Origin: a virus
IMG/VR virus record: IMGVR_UViG_3300027740_000183
Span: 7,260 to 71,259 of that record
Strand: one strand, 5' to 3'
DNA: 64,000 nt
Below, one piece after another: positions 9,999-19,743 of the stretch. The translations under genes were made by a program, and so were the position numbers. Under the pieces are notes generated by a model that had not been told where the DNA came from, did not search any database, and worked only from the letters and a program-made list of their open reading frames with translations. Each line of letters begins with the position of its first letter. Position 1 is the first letter of the stretch.

Positions 9999-10219
9999 TA
10001 TGTTCTTCCAGAAATAGAGCCAACAACACGAGTTAGTCCTAAAGACGACAGGGCATCATTGTAAGCACGCTTATTCGCGTTATTTAAAGCTTTTTTGTGC
10101 AAATCTGCGTAACGTGTGGGGTTAACCGATTCTAAAACCAACTCTGCAGTTTTATTGATTCTAACCGCTTTTTCGCCAGTGATTTTGTTACAAACTAGTG
10201 AATATTTAGGTTTTGTCAT
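9989..10219 (-). CDS. Hypothetical protein
   Basis: RBS AAGGAG upstream. Confidence 0.55.
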   Translation of the reverse strand: MTKPKYSLVCNKITGEKAVRINKTAELVLESVNPTRYADLHKKALNNANKRAYNDALSSLGLTRVVGSISGRTYWE

Positions 10220-10269
10220 ACTGTCTCCTTACTATATTATAGCAAGTTTGTTAGAAAAGTCAAGAATTT

Positions 10270-10485
10270 TTAGTCTTCTGTGTAACCGAAAGGCTCCTCG
10301 CCCTTTTCCATATATTTCCAACAAGTACTGCAAGCCTCAGGGTCTTCTTCAGTACTGTTTTTGTTTTTTTCTAGTACCGTTGTAATATTAATAACTTCGT
10401 ATTCAACACTCTGTTTTTTATTACTTGAAGTACCAGTATACAAAGTGGTTGTTGCAAAAATTATTATTACGATAAAAATACGCAT
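10270..10485 (-). CDS. Small protein with N-terminal hydrophobic segment
   Basis: RBS AGAGG; signal-like N-terminus, CxxC near the end. Confidence 0.5.
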   Translation of the reverse strand: MRIFIVIIIFATTTLYTGTSSNKKQSVEYEVINITTVLEKNKNSTEEDPEACSTCWKYMEKGEEPFGYTED

Positions 10486-10495
10486 TTTTTCCTCT

Positions 10496-10819
10496 TTACA
10501 ATGTTTTTGCTAAACAGTTTTTAATAAGTTTTTCTTCTTCTGTGGTTACATAACTACACAACCCACTTAGTGCTATAACTGCCGCAAACATTACATTTAC
10601 ATTGTAATTTTGTATAGGTATAAAATTACAAAACAATATCGAAGAAGCCGCAAACAAAGATACGGTGAGTGGAAGAAGCAGAGCAGCAAAGGAAGCTACA
10701 ACAAGAACAGTTCCAATAAGGACGTAATTTTGACTGTATGCAATTATTGGGCATGGTATTAGCAAGGAAAAGAATCCTATAGATTTTACACTATTTATAA
10801 TATTTTTTAGTTTAATCAT
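10496..10819 (-). CDS. Small membrane protein
   Basis: Several hydrophobic segments. Confidence 0.5.
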   Translation of the reverse strand: MIKLKNIINSVKSIGFFSLLIPCPIIAYSQNYVLIGTVLVVASFAALLLPLTVSLFAASSILFCNFIPIQNYNVNVMFAAVIALSGLCSYVTTEEEKLIKNCLAKTL

Positions 10820-10875
10820 AATTATATTATGGATCTGCAGGTTCTTTTTGTCAAGGGAAATCTAACAAAAAGAAT

Positions 10876-10890
10876 GTTATTTAATACTAT
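10876..10890 (+). promoter_or_regulatory. Candidate late promoter motif
   Basis: GTTATTTAATACTAT. Confidence 0.6.
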
Positions 10891-10927
10891 AGTTTGTGTT
10901 TTTGTATCTTGTTTTGTACGAGTTAAA

Positions 10928-11054
10928 TTGTAAAAAGGGATTAAAAGGTATCCCAGCCCCTTATAGACTGGGACATACTATAAACTTTGTTTTTATAATT
11001 TATGTTAAGTTGTAAAGAGATTTAAAGGTATTCCAGTGCCTTACAGATTGGGTA
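10928..11054 (+). repeat. Two tandem leader+CRISPR-like repeat units (repeats at 10939-10974 and 11019-11054)
   Basis: GATTAAAAGGTATCCCAGCCCCTTATAGACTGGGAC and a degenerate copy, each preceded by TTGTAAA; homologous to the array repeat at 46251. Confidence 0.85.
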
Positions 11055-11064
11055 TATTAATTTA

Positions 11065-12567
11065 ATGATTTCAGCTCGTTTAATATATAAAAATTCTGCC
11101 TCTTCCAAAGAGTTTAATTTAACTCGTTCTCAGATTATAGATAGGGGTATTTATAGCGGGGGTGCGTTAACAAATAACCCCGCTTCTTTTATCTTATCAA
11201 TAGCTCCCTTTGTAGCGTCAAGTTACGACGGTATGGTTATAGTAAGTGATGTAACGGAAACACTTACTATTACTGATGGTATAATAAGTTATGTGGTACT
11301 GTATGCTAAATATCAAAACGCTACCATACCGACACTACAACTAGTTGCTCTTGATGAAGCTACTTGGCTTACCTCTGCCAATAAAGACTACTTCATTACT
11401 TTTGCTAAAATAGACTTAACAGTGCCTTCTGGTGGTATACCTACCAGTGCAATCACCTATAACGAATCTGATTATGCGGAAACTCTAGGAAAAAGTCCCA
11501 TAAAGAGATCAGTAGCGAACGCGGCCGCGCTGCCTATAGTACAGAATAGGGAAGGGGATTTGAGAGTAACTACAGATACTGGGCACATCTGGAGCTGGAT
11601 TTCTGGTGCTTGGGTAGATTTGGTAGTACAAACAGCGGCAGCTACAACTTACACAGGTGGTCCCAATTGGGCTGATGGGGTAACAAACCCAGCTACTACT
11701 GTGGAATTACAGCTTGACAAAATTATCACTAATCTGGCAACCGCAGGAGGTTCCGCTAAAATTTATAGCAATGGGATTGCAGGTGCCCCAGATTCTATTG
11801 GTGCAGGTACTCTTTATAGCGCGCTGACTCAATTATTAGGACTTTCTAACATCAGGGGAAGACTTTACGAACAGAATGTTTGGACAGAGCTGAACCAATT
11901 TATAAACAGTAATGCTGGTTTTTATGCCGCATCATTTGAAACTACTAATCCTGCTCCTGCTGTCGGATCCGTTAGAGTGGTTCCACAAGCGGTAGAACCT
12001 ATTATACCTCAGGATGGGGGGCATTATGCTAACAGTGTAACTAAAACTTATAAAATAGCAGAAAACAATGAATGGAGAATAGTTAGTGAGCAGAGAAGTA
12101 GTAGAGTATTTTTGTATCCAATTACAAGTTTAGTGTCTAATTATAATGCTACTGGTTGGTACTTAGAAGATTATTGTGTGTATTGGCACAAAGGTGTGAG
12201 CGCATCTGCGCTTATTTTAACAGCTTCTTTGAACAATTTTATACCCGATGGATGTACCGTAACCAGGGTACGCGCTTATGTTACCCCAGGAGCAATCAGG
12301 GCACCTGGTAATAGGATGCGTTTATGGGGATACAGAAGAGCTAATAGCAGCGAAGTGCCCGCTGTTTTTGGGGGATTTCTTGCTTTTCCAGAAGATGATG
12401 GGACAACAAATCCTCAATGGATTGCTGCAAATGGGTTAACGCAAATTATTGATACTGATGCGTATCATTACCAAGTAGGCGTACGATCTGGGTCAGGTTC
12501 TGGGGGTGATAAGTTATTATCTTTAGAGATTACTTATACAGAGGGTAATTATCTTGCTGTACCCTAA
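11065..12567 (+). CDS. Probable virion structural protein (tail fibre/baseplate-associated)
   Basis: Beta-rich, G/T/A-rich; N-terminus resembles ORF 31075. Confidence 0.5.
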   Translation: MISARLIYKNSASSKEFNLTRSQIIDRGIYSGGALTNNPASFILSIAPFVASSYDGMVIVSDVTETLTITDGIISYVVLYAKYQNATIPTLQLVALDEATWLTSANKDYFITFAKIDLTVPSGGIPTSAITYNESDYAETLGKSPIKRSVANAAALPIVQNREGDLRVTTDTGHIWSWISGAWVDLVVQTAAATTYTGGPNWADGVTNPATTVELQLDKIITNLATAGGSAKIYSNGIAGAPDSIGAGTLYSALTQLLGLSNIRGRLYEQNVWTELNQFINSNAGFYAASFETTNPAPAVGSVRVVPQAVEPIIPQDGGHYANSVTKTYKIAENNEWRIVSEQRSSRVFLYPITSLVSNYNATGWYLEDYCVYWHKGVSASALILTASLNNFIPDGCTVTRVRAYVTPGAIRAPGNRMRLWGYRRANSSEVPAVFGGFLAFPEDDGTTNPQWIAANGLTQIIDTDAYHYQVGVRSGSGSGGDKLLSLEITYTEGNYLAVP

Positions 12568-12595
12568 ACCCTAAAAAATTAAGGATTAAAAATTA

Positions 12596-13687
12596 ATGAC
12601 AACAAAGATTTTAAAGAGATGCAGTGAAGATGCTCGTGTAACATTTATGTTGTTGCGCGAATTGCTCATTAATTGTGTAGGTTATACAGATATTTATACA
12701 GATGATGATGGGTCAGGAGCTTTTACAGCCTCTCAAACAGGAGTAGATGGGGAAACGGATATCAATAACCCCCAAAATTTTGTAGCCGCTTCTGGTGTTT
12801 TTGGTCCAGGTGATGTCGGTAAATACTTGGTTGTTTGTGATCCTTTGTTGCTTCATCATAACAATGTAGGTATTTATAAAATTGTTGGTGCTCCTAATAG
12901 TACCACACTTGCTATTCAAGGCGGATTATATGGTGGTTCTTTTACAACAGGAGTAGGTTTTACTTGGCGTTTAATGGATCCTGCTGGTGTACCTCCTGCC
13001 TTAGCGGGTTTTGATCTCACTTATGTAGTTCAAGCAGTATCGGGAACTAATCCGATATGGCAAGCAGAATTTTACCTTGCTGACGCAGATACTGTCAGTT
13101 TTAGAATTACCGTTGGTCCTGGGGGAGGTTACGATTCCACATTGTTGCCAGGTATTCCTTGGACATTATCTTATACAGATCCTGTTACCATGACTTGTGA
13201 TGTCACTTCTTTATGGACTATATTGGCAAGCGATAGTTACATTAGAATGTATACAGAAGCTGTTGGAGGTGCATCTGTATTTAATTTAGGGTATGTAGGT
13301 GCGTGTATACCAAGAAGATCTGCTGCAGATCAACAATTTGCTGTGTGCTTTGCCGACATTCCTTTAACCGCACTTACTGCTATAAAGTCTGTTGCGTGGG
13401 ATGGGGCTACCAAAGTAGATTATAGTGCTATTTATTATGGGGATCTTTTTCCTTCTAATATATTTACTGCATTACCTCCTTCTCAATTTGATTTAAGAAA
13501 CGATTCCGCACTTATTGCAATGGGTTGCGAAACAGCGGGGTCTTTAGAAGATGATAGAGGTACTTTGAACGGGGTATGCTGGATTAGTGATTCAATACCT
13601 TACAAAACTTTTGTGGATAATAGTAGAAGGGTACTGTCGCTTGGATCTGGAATTTCGATTGAGTGGGACGGCACAGTCGGGCGTTAG
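12596..13687 (+). CDS. Probable virion structural protein
   Basis: Beta-rich; shares GDVGKY.....P...N motif with next ORF. Confidence 0.5.
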   Translation: MTTKILKRCSEDARVTFMLLRELLINCVGYTDIYTDDDGSGAFTASQTGVDGETDINNPQNFVAASGVFGPGDVGKYLVVCDPLLLHHNNVGIYKIVGAPNSTTLAIQGGLYGGSFTTGVGFTWRLMDPAGVPPALAGFDLTYVVQAVSGTNPIWQAEFYLADADTVSFRITVGPGGGYDSTLLPGIPWTLSYTDPVTMTCDVTSLWTILASDSYIRMYTEAVGGASVFNLGYVGACIPRRSAADQQFAVCFADIPLTALTAIKSVAWDGATKVDYSAIYYGDLFPSNIFTALPPSQFDLRNDSALIAMGCETAGSLEDDRGTLNGVCWISDSIPYKTFVDNSRRVLSLGSGISIEWDGTVGR

Positions 13688-13721
13688 AAAAACCTGAAAG
13701 TTTAGTAATTAAGGAAAAATT

Positions 13722-14852
13722 ATGGCATTATCAATAAGTCAAGCATTATCAGTATCTGTGCCAGCTACAGCAGTACAAGCTCAGGCAGCTATTTATTACC
13801 AATGGCTTCGTTTTTGTTGTCAATTTACTGTAATTGATGCGGGTGGAAACTGGAGCAGTGGAGCGACAGGAAATGATGGAATTATAAGTATAGCTGCACC
13901 AACTCATTTTTACACCGTAGGTTCTACTTTTACAGCAGGATTAGCTCCTGCTGGAGATGTGGGAAAATATATAGCTATACGAGATCCTAATAATGCAATA
14001 AATACGGTTATTGGAAAAATATTAACAGTTGTCAGTGATACAGAAGTAACGTTAGAAAATAACGTAGTATTTACAGTAGACGCTACAGCAGTTAGTTATG
14101 TGGTTTTTGACGCCGATAATGATCCTCCTGCTGCAGCAGATTATTTTGTTATTGAAAATCCTGTTAGCACACAACCAAAATGGCACGCAGTTTGTACTGT
14201 TAGCGTGGCTCCCGCTACTATTGCTTGGCAACTAGGGCCATCAGGCGGTTGGGATCCTACCGGTCACGTGTGGACTACCGCACTAATAAGTGATCTTTAC
14301 TACATGCTGACAGCGCCATTGAGAGTATTTTGTGTATCTGATCCCGCACAGGGATGGTTTTATACATGGGCAGAAGATGGTGCCAATATAAACGCGGTAT
14401 GGTTAGGATCTATAATACCTTTCCATGCTTCAGGTATTGTTGGTATACCTCAAGATGAAAGCTATGCTCTTATATTTGGAACACCTTCAGGTTCTGGCGC
14501 AGATGTTGATAACGTGAGTAGAGATACTCTCAATGTAGCTAATTTTTGCACCGGAGAAGCGGCATCATCTTCCAACGTAATAATACCTGCATATATGTGT
14601 AGAAAATTATTTCTTTTATCAGGAAATGATTCTTGTACCGTATGTCCTGCTGTAAATCCAAGATCTGGGGAACAGGATGATTATGAAGTAGTGGTTTTCC
14701 ACGCAGCGCCAGATCAAGCATTTAGAGGAAAACTTTCAGGGGTTAAGTTGTGCAATGATGCCATTGTAAACAGAACACTTATTAGCACAGGTACTACCTA
14801 TGTGATAGAAAATGGAATAGGTTCTGTGTGGAATGGAAAATTGGCGGTTTAG
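13722..14852 (+). CDS. Probable virion structural protein, paralogue of 12596-13687
   Basis: Shared GDVGKYI/L and ..GI/VG..W.G terminal motifs. Confidence 0.5.
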   Translation: MALSISQALSVSVPATAVQAQAAIYYQWLRFCCQFTVIDAGGNWSSGATGNDGIISIAAPTHFYTVGSTFTAGLAPAGDVGKYIAIRDPNNAINTVIGKILTVVSDTEVTLENNVVFTVDATAVSYVVFDADNDPPAAADYFVIENPVSTQPKWHAVCTVSVAPATIAWQLGPSGGWDPTGHVWTTALISDLYYMLTAPLRVFCVSDPAQGWFYTWAEDGANINAVWLGSIIPFHASGIVGIPQDESYALIFGTPSGSGADVDNVSRDTLNVANFCTGEAASSSNVIIPAYMCRKLFLLSGNDSCTVCPAVNPRSGEQDDYEVVVFHAAPDQAFRGKLSGVKLCNDAIVNRTLISTGTTYVIENGIGSVWNGKLAV

Positions 14853-14854
14853 TT

Positions 14855-15613
14855 ATGCTTATAGAAAAAATAGAAAAGATCACAAAGATTGCTGCTTATA
14901 AAGGAGCTAGTAAAGAGATTATTTGTAAGTTGGTTTTTGTGCGTGCGAAGGCAAAACTAAAAATAGCTTCAAACACGGTAGACTGGGCTAAGAGAGAACT
15001 AGAACTGGCTGGTTTTTTTGACAAAGATTCTGATTACGGTGGTATGTTGGGACACTCTATTCTAGACGTGGTAAAAAAGTTTTGCGAACAAGGAAATAGC
15101 GGAAGTAGTGCTGCAATTTCTTTATCTGTATTAGATAAATTGTTAAGACACGAACCTTTGACTTCTTTAGGAAATCCTACTGAAACCGGTGAGTATGAAG
15201 ATTGCACAGAAATGGGTGGTGGAAATCCGTTGTGGCAAAGTACACGGGATCCTTCAGTATTTTCATATGATAACGGAAAAAGTTGGGAAAAATTGGCTAA
15301 TGCTGATATTCCTTTTCATGCTGAGCCTTACTTGTATTACATTATCGAAGATAAAAAACCAATGTATTATTTAGACGGATTCGGGTACGGAGAAAGCAAA
15401 GAATTTGTGAAGCGAAAAGTTACATATCAAGAACCTGTTCCTGTAAACGGAACATTTATTAAAGTTTTTCAAGATGTGTATTGGATCCCTACAGAATGGT
15501 TAGGACCTTTCAAAGATGAGAAGGATGCGGTAGAAAAAGCTTATAAATATCTGGTATATAATAAATACCCAGTAAGTGATAGATTAATACCCCGAGTTTG
15601 TCATAAAAATTAA
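14855..15613 (+). CDS. Hypothetical phage protein
   Basis: Likely start MLIEKIEKITKIAA; contains RELELAG...DYGG..QG.SG.S..EPLT pattern. Confidence 0.55.
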   Translation: MLIEKIEKITKIAAYKGASKEIICKLVFVRAKAKLKIASNTVDWAKRELELAGFFDKDSDYGGMLGHSILDVVKKFCEQGNSGSSAAISLSVLDKLLRHEPLTSLGNPTETGEYEDCTEMGGGNPLWQSTRDPSVFSYDNGKSWEKLANADIPFHAEPYLYYIIEDKKPMYYLDGFGYGESKEFVKRKVTYQEPVPVNGTFIKVFQDVYWIPTEWLGPFKDEKDAVEKAYKYLVYNKYPVSDRLIPRVCHKN

Positions 15614-15936
15614 TGATTACTAGAATTTCAAAAAGATTGTTAAAAATTGCAGAAGTGTTGCAGTATGATGACGTGTCTCCAGAAGAGAAGGATTTGTTAA
15701 CCAGGTTACGAAAAATTATTCTGGAGAGGAAAAAAATTAGAGATAAAGTGAAGAAGCAAGAAGAAAGAATAGGTATGAGTAATTCTGTTATGCAAAAAGA
15801 ACGATTGGATAATGAATTGAAACAGATGAAAAGGACGCAAGAAAAGTTTGACGAAGAGTACGAGCTGATTAAAGGAAGGCTTCTTGATATGGATCATTTA
15901 GCCATGGATAAATTATTGAATTTGGATATCTATTAA
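15613..15936 (+). CDS. Coiled-coil hypothetical protein with RLLKIA motif
   Basis: MITRISKRLLKIAE. Confidence 0.6.
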   Translation: MITRISKRLLKIAEVLQYDDVSPEEKDLLTRLRKIILERKKIRDKVKKQEERIGMSNSVMQKERLDNELKQMKRTQEKFDEEYELIKGRLLDMDHLAMDKLLNLDIY

Positions 15937-15974
15937 CTTTTTAAGGTAAAAATAGGGAGAACATAGATAAATAA

Positions 15975-16523
15975 ATGCCATCATTTTCTCTAGATTTTAG
16001 CGCATCTTTGCCCTACACAGGTTCTGGGATCTCTTTACCTCTAACTTTTACCCCTTTTTGGGGTCCCGAAATGGGGTGTACTGGTTACGGTATTGAGGAG
16101 ATTACCGTAGAGGCTAAAATTACTGATATAGCGCGTCAATACATTGCGAGATCTATTTGTGACGGTACTGCTTTTAAAGTAGATACATTTGCGGTGGGAT
16201 CTGGTGGTTATGATATAAGCTACCCCACTAGAGCAATAGAAGTAAATTCTGCTTCTACAGAATTGGATGCGGAGATATTTAGAGGTACAATTACTATAGT
16301 AGAGGAAGTAGTAGTTGATGGGACTTCTAAAAGTTTTGTGTGTAGATTGGCGCAAAATGATATAAGCGGTGGTATTGGAGAAATTGGGCTATTTGCCACT
16401 ATTATTGATTCTCCCTACCCCGCAGAAGTAGGAGCCCAATTTTTAGTTTGCTTAGCACATCAACCACTTAATACTAAAACTAAAAACCACGTGACAACTT
16501 ATAGAGTCATCGTGGTGTTGTAG
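15975..16523 (+). CDS. Tail-collar/fibre attachment-like protein
   Basis: ITD.AR..IA....F....AVG.GG...EIGLFA pattern; paralogue at 23475. Confidence 0.55.
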   Translation: MPSFSLDFSASLPYTGSGISLPLTFTPFWGPEMGCTGYGIEEITVEAKITDIARQYIARSICDGTAFKVDTFAVGSGGYDISYPTRAIEVNSASTELDAEIFRGTITIVEEVVVDGTSKSFVCRLAQNDISGGIGEIGLFATIIDSPYPAEVGAQFLVCLAHQPLNTKTKNHVTTYRVIVVL

Positions 16524-16534
16524 GTAGAAAACAT

Positions 16535-17389
16535 ATGATAAACACAATATTTATTAGCCAACTCGATGATTTAGCGGCTCAATTTGAAGATCGTGGGGAA
16601 CTTAAACACGCATCTGTTATAGACGAAGTAAGTCAATTGTTAGTTGCAGTAAACACAGATTTGTCACCTCATGTTAATAAATTGACTGATTTTCTTTGTA
16701 ACGTGTTAAAAATTGATCCCGAAGAAGCTATTTCGTTATCAGCAGATTTAGTCGAAAAATACGGGATTAAAGATATAGATCTTCTTAACATGGGAGATTC
16801 TGAGGTAGATGGTGATGTTGGGTTCCCTACTGATATATTCCCCACAGGCGCACTACCAAATAAAGAGAGGAGACAAGGTCCTGATCCTAAACTAGTTAAT
16901 ATAACCAACCCAAATTGGTGGGAGACTAAACAAGGAAATGTAGTTGAAGTTATCGATGATTTAGAGCGGTATTCCGACAAGCTAAAACAAGCTGGGTATA
17001 AAAGCCAGGCTAAGAAAATTGGGCTAGTTGTCTCCAAAGTAATGTTGGATTATAAACGTAAGGTGGAAAATTCTATCAGTGGAGAAAATATCAGAAAAGG
17101 CATGATTTTACAAGATAGTGAGAAGAATTTGTTTGGTGAAGTAAAGGATGTTGACCTAAATGGGAAAGGCATTCACGTAACTATTTGTGACCAAAAAACG
17201 GGTAACTTGGGTGGTATTACAATAAATAAAGAAGATTCCATTACTATTGTTAAAACCAGTAAACCGCTACAACAAGAAGCTTTGCTAAAAAAGGCGATGT
17301 TGTTATTAGAAGGTTTGGTAGAAGATGCTAAAGATCATGAGTTTGGTCCCCAATTGGAGCGAATAAGGTATAATATCGAGAGGAATTAA
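16535..17389 (+). CDS. Hypothetical protein
   Basis: 284-aa ORF with repeated LDDLA..(F/Y)..G...A..ID-like helices. Confidence 0.55.
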   Translation: MINTIFISQLDDLAAQFEDRGELKHASVIDEVSQLLVAVNTDLSPHVNKLTDFLCNVLKIDPEEAISLSADLVEKYGIKDIDLLNMGDSEVDGDVGFPTDIFPTGALPNKERRQGPDPKLVNITNPNWWETKQGNVVEVIDDLERYSDKLKQAGYKSQAKKIGLVVSKVMLDYKRKVENSISGENIRKGMILQDSEKNLFGEVKDVDLNGKGIHVTICDQKTGNLGGITINKEDSITIVKTSKPLQQEALLKKAMLLLEGLVEDAKDHEFGPQLERIRYNIERN

Positions 17390-17390
17390 A

Positions 17391-17702
17391 ATGGAAACCG
17401 ACGAAAGAGTTAGTATAGTTTTCAAAGAGCTTAGAAAAGATTCTCCTGATTACGATCTCATTAGCGCTACCATGAGTGACCCTGAAGAGATTAAGCGTGG
17501 TGATATTTGGATGGATTTGAACTATTTGGTTATTGGATACGTCATCTCTAATGAAGTAACTGATTTAGATATTAGAACACTCATCAGATTTTCTCAACTT
17601 GCTTCTGCCATTTGTACAAATTTGACACAAGCCCTAGTTATTTTTTATGACCGTGATAAAGAGAAAGAACAACCTAAAGTAAATACTAGCAGGGTTAATT
17701 AG
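17391..17702 (+). CDS. Hypothetical protein
   Basis: RBS GAGGA; tightly packed in operon. Confidence 0.55.
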   Translation: METDERVSIVFKELRKDSPDYDLISATMSDPEEIKRGDIWMDLNYLVIGYVISNEVTDLDIRTLIRFSQLASAICTNLTQALVIFYDRDKEKEQPKVNTSRVN

Positions 17703-17704
17703 GT

Positions 17705-18049
17705 ATGTTACAAACTGTTCTTACACTATTGTCTATCTATGGAGTTTGTTTCGCTATTAAAGATACTAAAGGTTTATCAGTACCGCGTGATTGGATTAGA
17801 AAGCATTCGGTTATACTAGATAGCATGTTAGATTGTGCTTTTTGCACAGGATTTTGGAGCGGTATTATCGTTCATCTTATAACTTATAAAATTTTTGATA
17901 TAAAGGATTTATTTTTGTATGGATTTGGGGCCGCAGCGTTATGTTATATTGTAGATACTATAATGATTAAGTTAGGAAATAGCGAGGAAAGTAATAGCGA
18001 GGAAAGTAATAGCGAGGAAAGTAATAGCGAGGAAAGTAATAATGAGTGA
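17705..18049 (+). CDS. Membrane protein, DUF1360-like
   Basis: TM helices with LDCAFCTGFW; C-terminal (SEESN)4; stop codon lies in adjacent MITE. Confidence 0.55.
   Translation: MLQTVLTLLSIYGVCFAIKDTKGLSVPRDWIRKHSVILDSMLDCAFCTGFWSGIIVHLITYKIFDIKDLFLYGFGAAALCYIVDTIMIKLGNSEESNSEESNSEESNSEESNNE
17981..18040 (+). repeat. Tandem repeat 4 x 15 bp (AGCGAGGAAAGTAAT)
   Basis: Four exact copies. Confidence 0.95.
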
Positions 18050-18094
18050 AGCCTCCCCGAGGCTAAAGACCTCGGGGTTTTCTCGCTACGGAAA
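18046..18094 (+). mobile_element. 49-bp IS200/IS605-type solo end (family B)
   Basis: GTGAAGCCTCCCCGAGGCTAAAGACCTCGGGGTTTTCTCGCTACGGAAA; second copy at 63678-63726. Confidence 0.75.
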
Positions 18095-18159
18095 GATAAA
18101 TTTATTAACAAGTTAATTAGAGAATATGTACGAGTAGAGGAATAATAAGGAGAGCAACA

Positions 18160-18663
18160 ATGAATAAAAATCTTAGAGTTAGATTAATTAAAGTAGCTAA
18201 TCAAATTAAAGTAGCTGATCAAGCTTATAATGCTAAGGAATTAGGAAGAGCTAATACCCATATACAGCAACTTCAAAAAGCGCCTTTGGAGGCACGAAAA
18301 GAGTCTGCTAAAGAGTGGTATGACGCTATTTCTACAGATCCTCAAATTGTAGCGGATCGTATTGGTTGGTTGTTTAGTGGTAATTATGGGTACGGAGAAA
18401 TGTTGTTAGCACAACGAATACTAGCACAAGGCAAAGGGGCTAATAAAGTAGCAGCGCTTTCTCTGCTAATAGCAGCATTAGAGTGGATGACCCCCTCCCG
18501 TGAAGCTATTGCGATGTGGAAAAAACTTAGTGCTGCTCAACAAAGAGCGCTAAAGAGTGTTATTGAAAAAGAAATTATAGATTACACGAAACGAAAAGAA
18601 GGGGAAGACAAAGAAAATACGCCAGAGAAAGTAGAAGAAAGAAAAAAGTCTTTGATGTCATAG
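18160..18663 (+). CDS. Hypothetical protein with RLIKVA motif
   Basis: RBS AAGGAG; MNKNLRVRLIKVAN. Confidence 0.6.
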   Translation: MNKNLRVRLIKVANQIKVADQAYNAKELGRANTHIQQLQKAPLEARKESAKEWYDAISTDPQIVADRIGWLFSGNYGYGEMLLAQRILAQGKGANKVAALSLLIAALEWMTPSREAIAMWKKLSAAQQRALKSVIEKEIIDYTKRKEGEDKENTPEKVEERKKSLMS

Positions 18664-19382
18664 TGCCTTTAGATAAAGAAATAGATCTGTTATTACCAAA
18701 AAAATCCTTAAACAAGGATTTTTGGGGCATTGGTTTATCTATAGAGCCTTCTGTAAGAGATACTCTTATTGAAATTGCAAATGATTTTGTCACAAAGGCA
18801 AAAATTGGGAAAAAGATTGTAAAAGACTATTTAGTAACAGGCAGTATTGCAAACTATAACTGGTCCAAGTATTCTGATGTAGATCTTCACATTGTTGTAG
18901 ATTTAAGGTTCTCTACAAATAATGAAGTGCTAAAAAATTATCTTGATGCTAAAAAATCGTTATGGAATGACAAACATGTTATTACTATGTTTGGACACGA
19001 GGTGGAAATTTATGTACAAGATATAGAAGAACCTCATTACTCTACAGGTACTTATTCCTTACTTAAAGATCGTTGGATCACTAGACCAAAGCGTATATCT
19101 GTTGATAATCTTGATAAAGACAGTATTGTTAAAAAAGTACGAGTAGTAAATCATTATATTTCTCATTTAGAGAATTTATATGAGAAAAGGGAGTACAAGA
19201 AGGTATATGAGTTAGCGGAGATGTTGAAAGAAAAGATAAGAAAGATGAGAAATGCGGGGTTAGCAAAAGAGGGTGAGTTCTCTGCTGAGAACTTAGTTTT
19301 CAAAGTATTAAGAAGAACTAAAAAGTTGGAAAAACTATCAGAATTGTACATAAAAGCATATGATAAAAATTTAGAGATTTAA
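18663..19382 (+). CDS. Pol-beta superfamily nucleotidyltransferase
   Basis: VTGSIANYNWSKYSDVDLH (hG[S]..DhD) plus third acid in EVEIYVQD. Confidence 0.8.
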   Translation: MPLDKEIDLLLPKKSLNKDFWGIGLSIEPSVRDTLIEIANDFVTKAKIGKKIVKDYLVTGSIANYNWSKYSDVDLHIVVDLRFSTNNEVLKNYLDAKKSLWNDKHVITMFGHEVEIYVQDIEEPHYSTGTYSLLKDRWITRPKRISVDNLDKDSIVKKVRVVNHYISHLENLYEKREYKKVYELAEMLKEKIRKMRNAGLAKEGEFSAENLVFKVLRRTKKLEKLSELYIKAYDKNLEI

Positions 19383-19383
19383 T

Positions 19384-19743
19384 ATGAAAACAAAGAAGAC
19401 GGAGTTTTCGCTTCTTATTTATTGTCTCACCGAGGTTATTAACTACTACCAAATCGCACTTTCTTACCAAGATATAACAAAATTATTGTATTATTTTCAG
19501 AAAGAGTGTAATTTTCCTTTAGGTTTATGTTTTATCACTTATGACTGTTGTTTGGATCTAGACTATTACTTAGCACGAGCTTTTATATTGAAGTTATTAG
19601 GTAAGTTTAGAAGTTTTAATGGGAAAACTTTTGATGACATGTATGACATTGGTATTAAAAAATTATCACACAGTTTTAGCGATGAGGTAACTTTAGATTA
19701 TAAAGCTATCTCATCTTTATTAGGAGGTATTAAAAAATTATGA
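19384..19743 (+). CDS. Hypothetical protein
   Basis: 119-aa ORF coupled to neighbours. Confidence 0.45.
   Translation: MKTKKTEFSLLIYCLTEVINYYQIALSYQDITKLLYYFQKECNFPLGLCFITYDCCLDLDYYLARAFILKLLGKFRSFNGKTFDDMYDIGIKKLSHSFSDEVTLDYKAISSLLGGIKKL

Noticed and set aside
10975-11018. A true CRISPR spacer between the 10939 and 11019 repeats
   Set aside because: It is 44 nt, AT-rich and contains a second TTGTAAAGA leader, so it is better read as a tandem duplication of the unit
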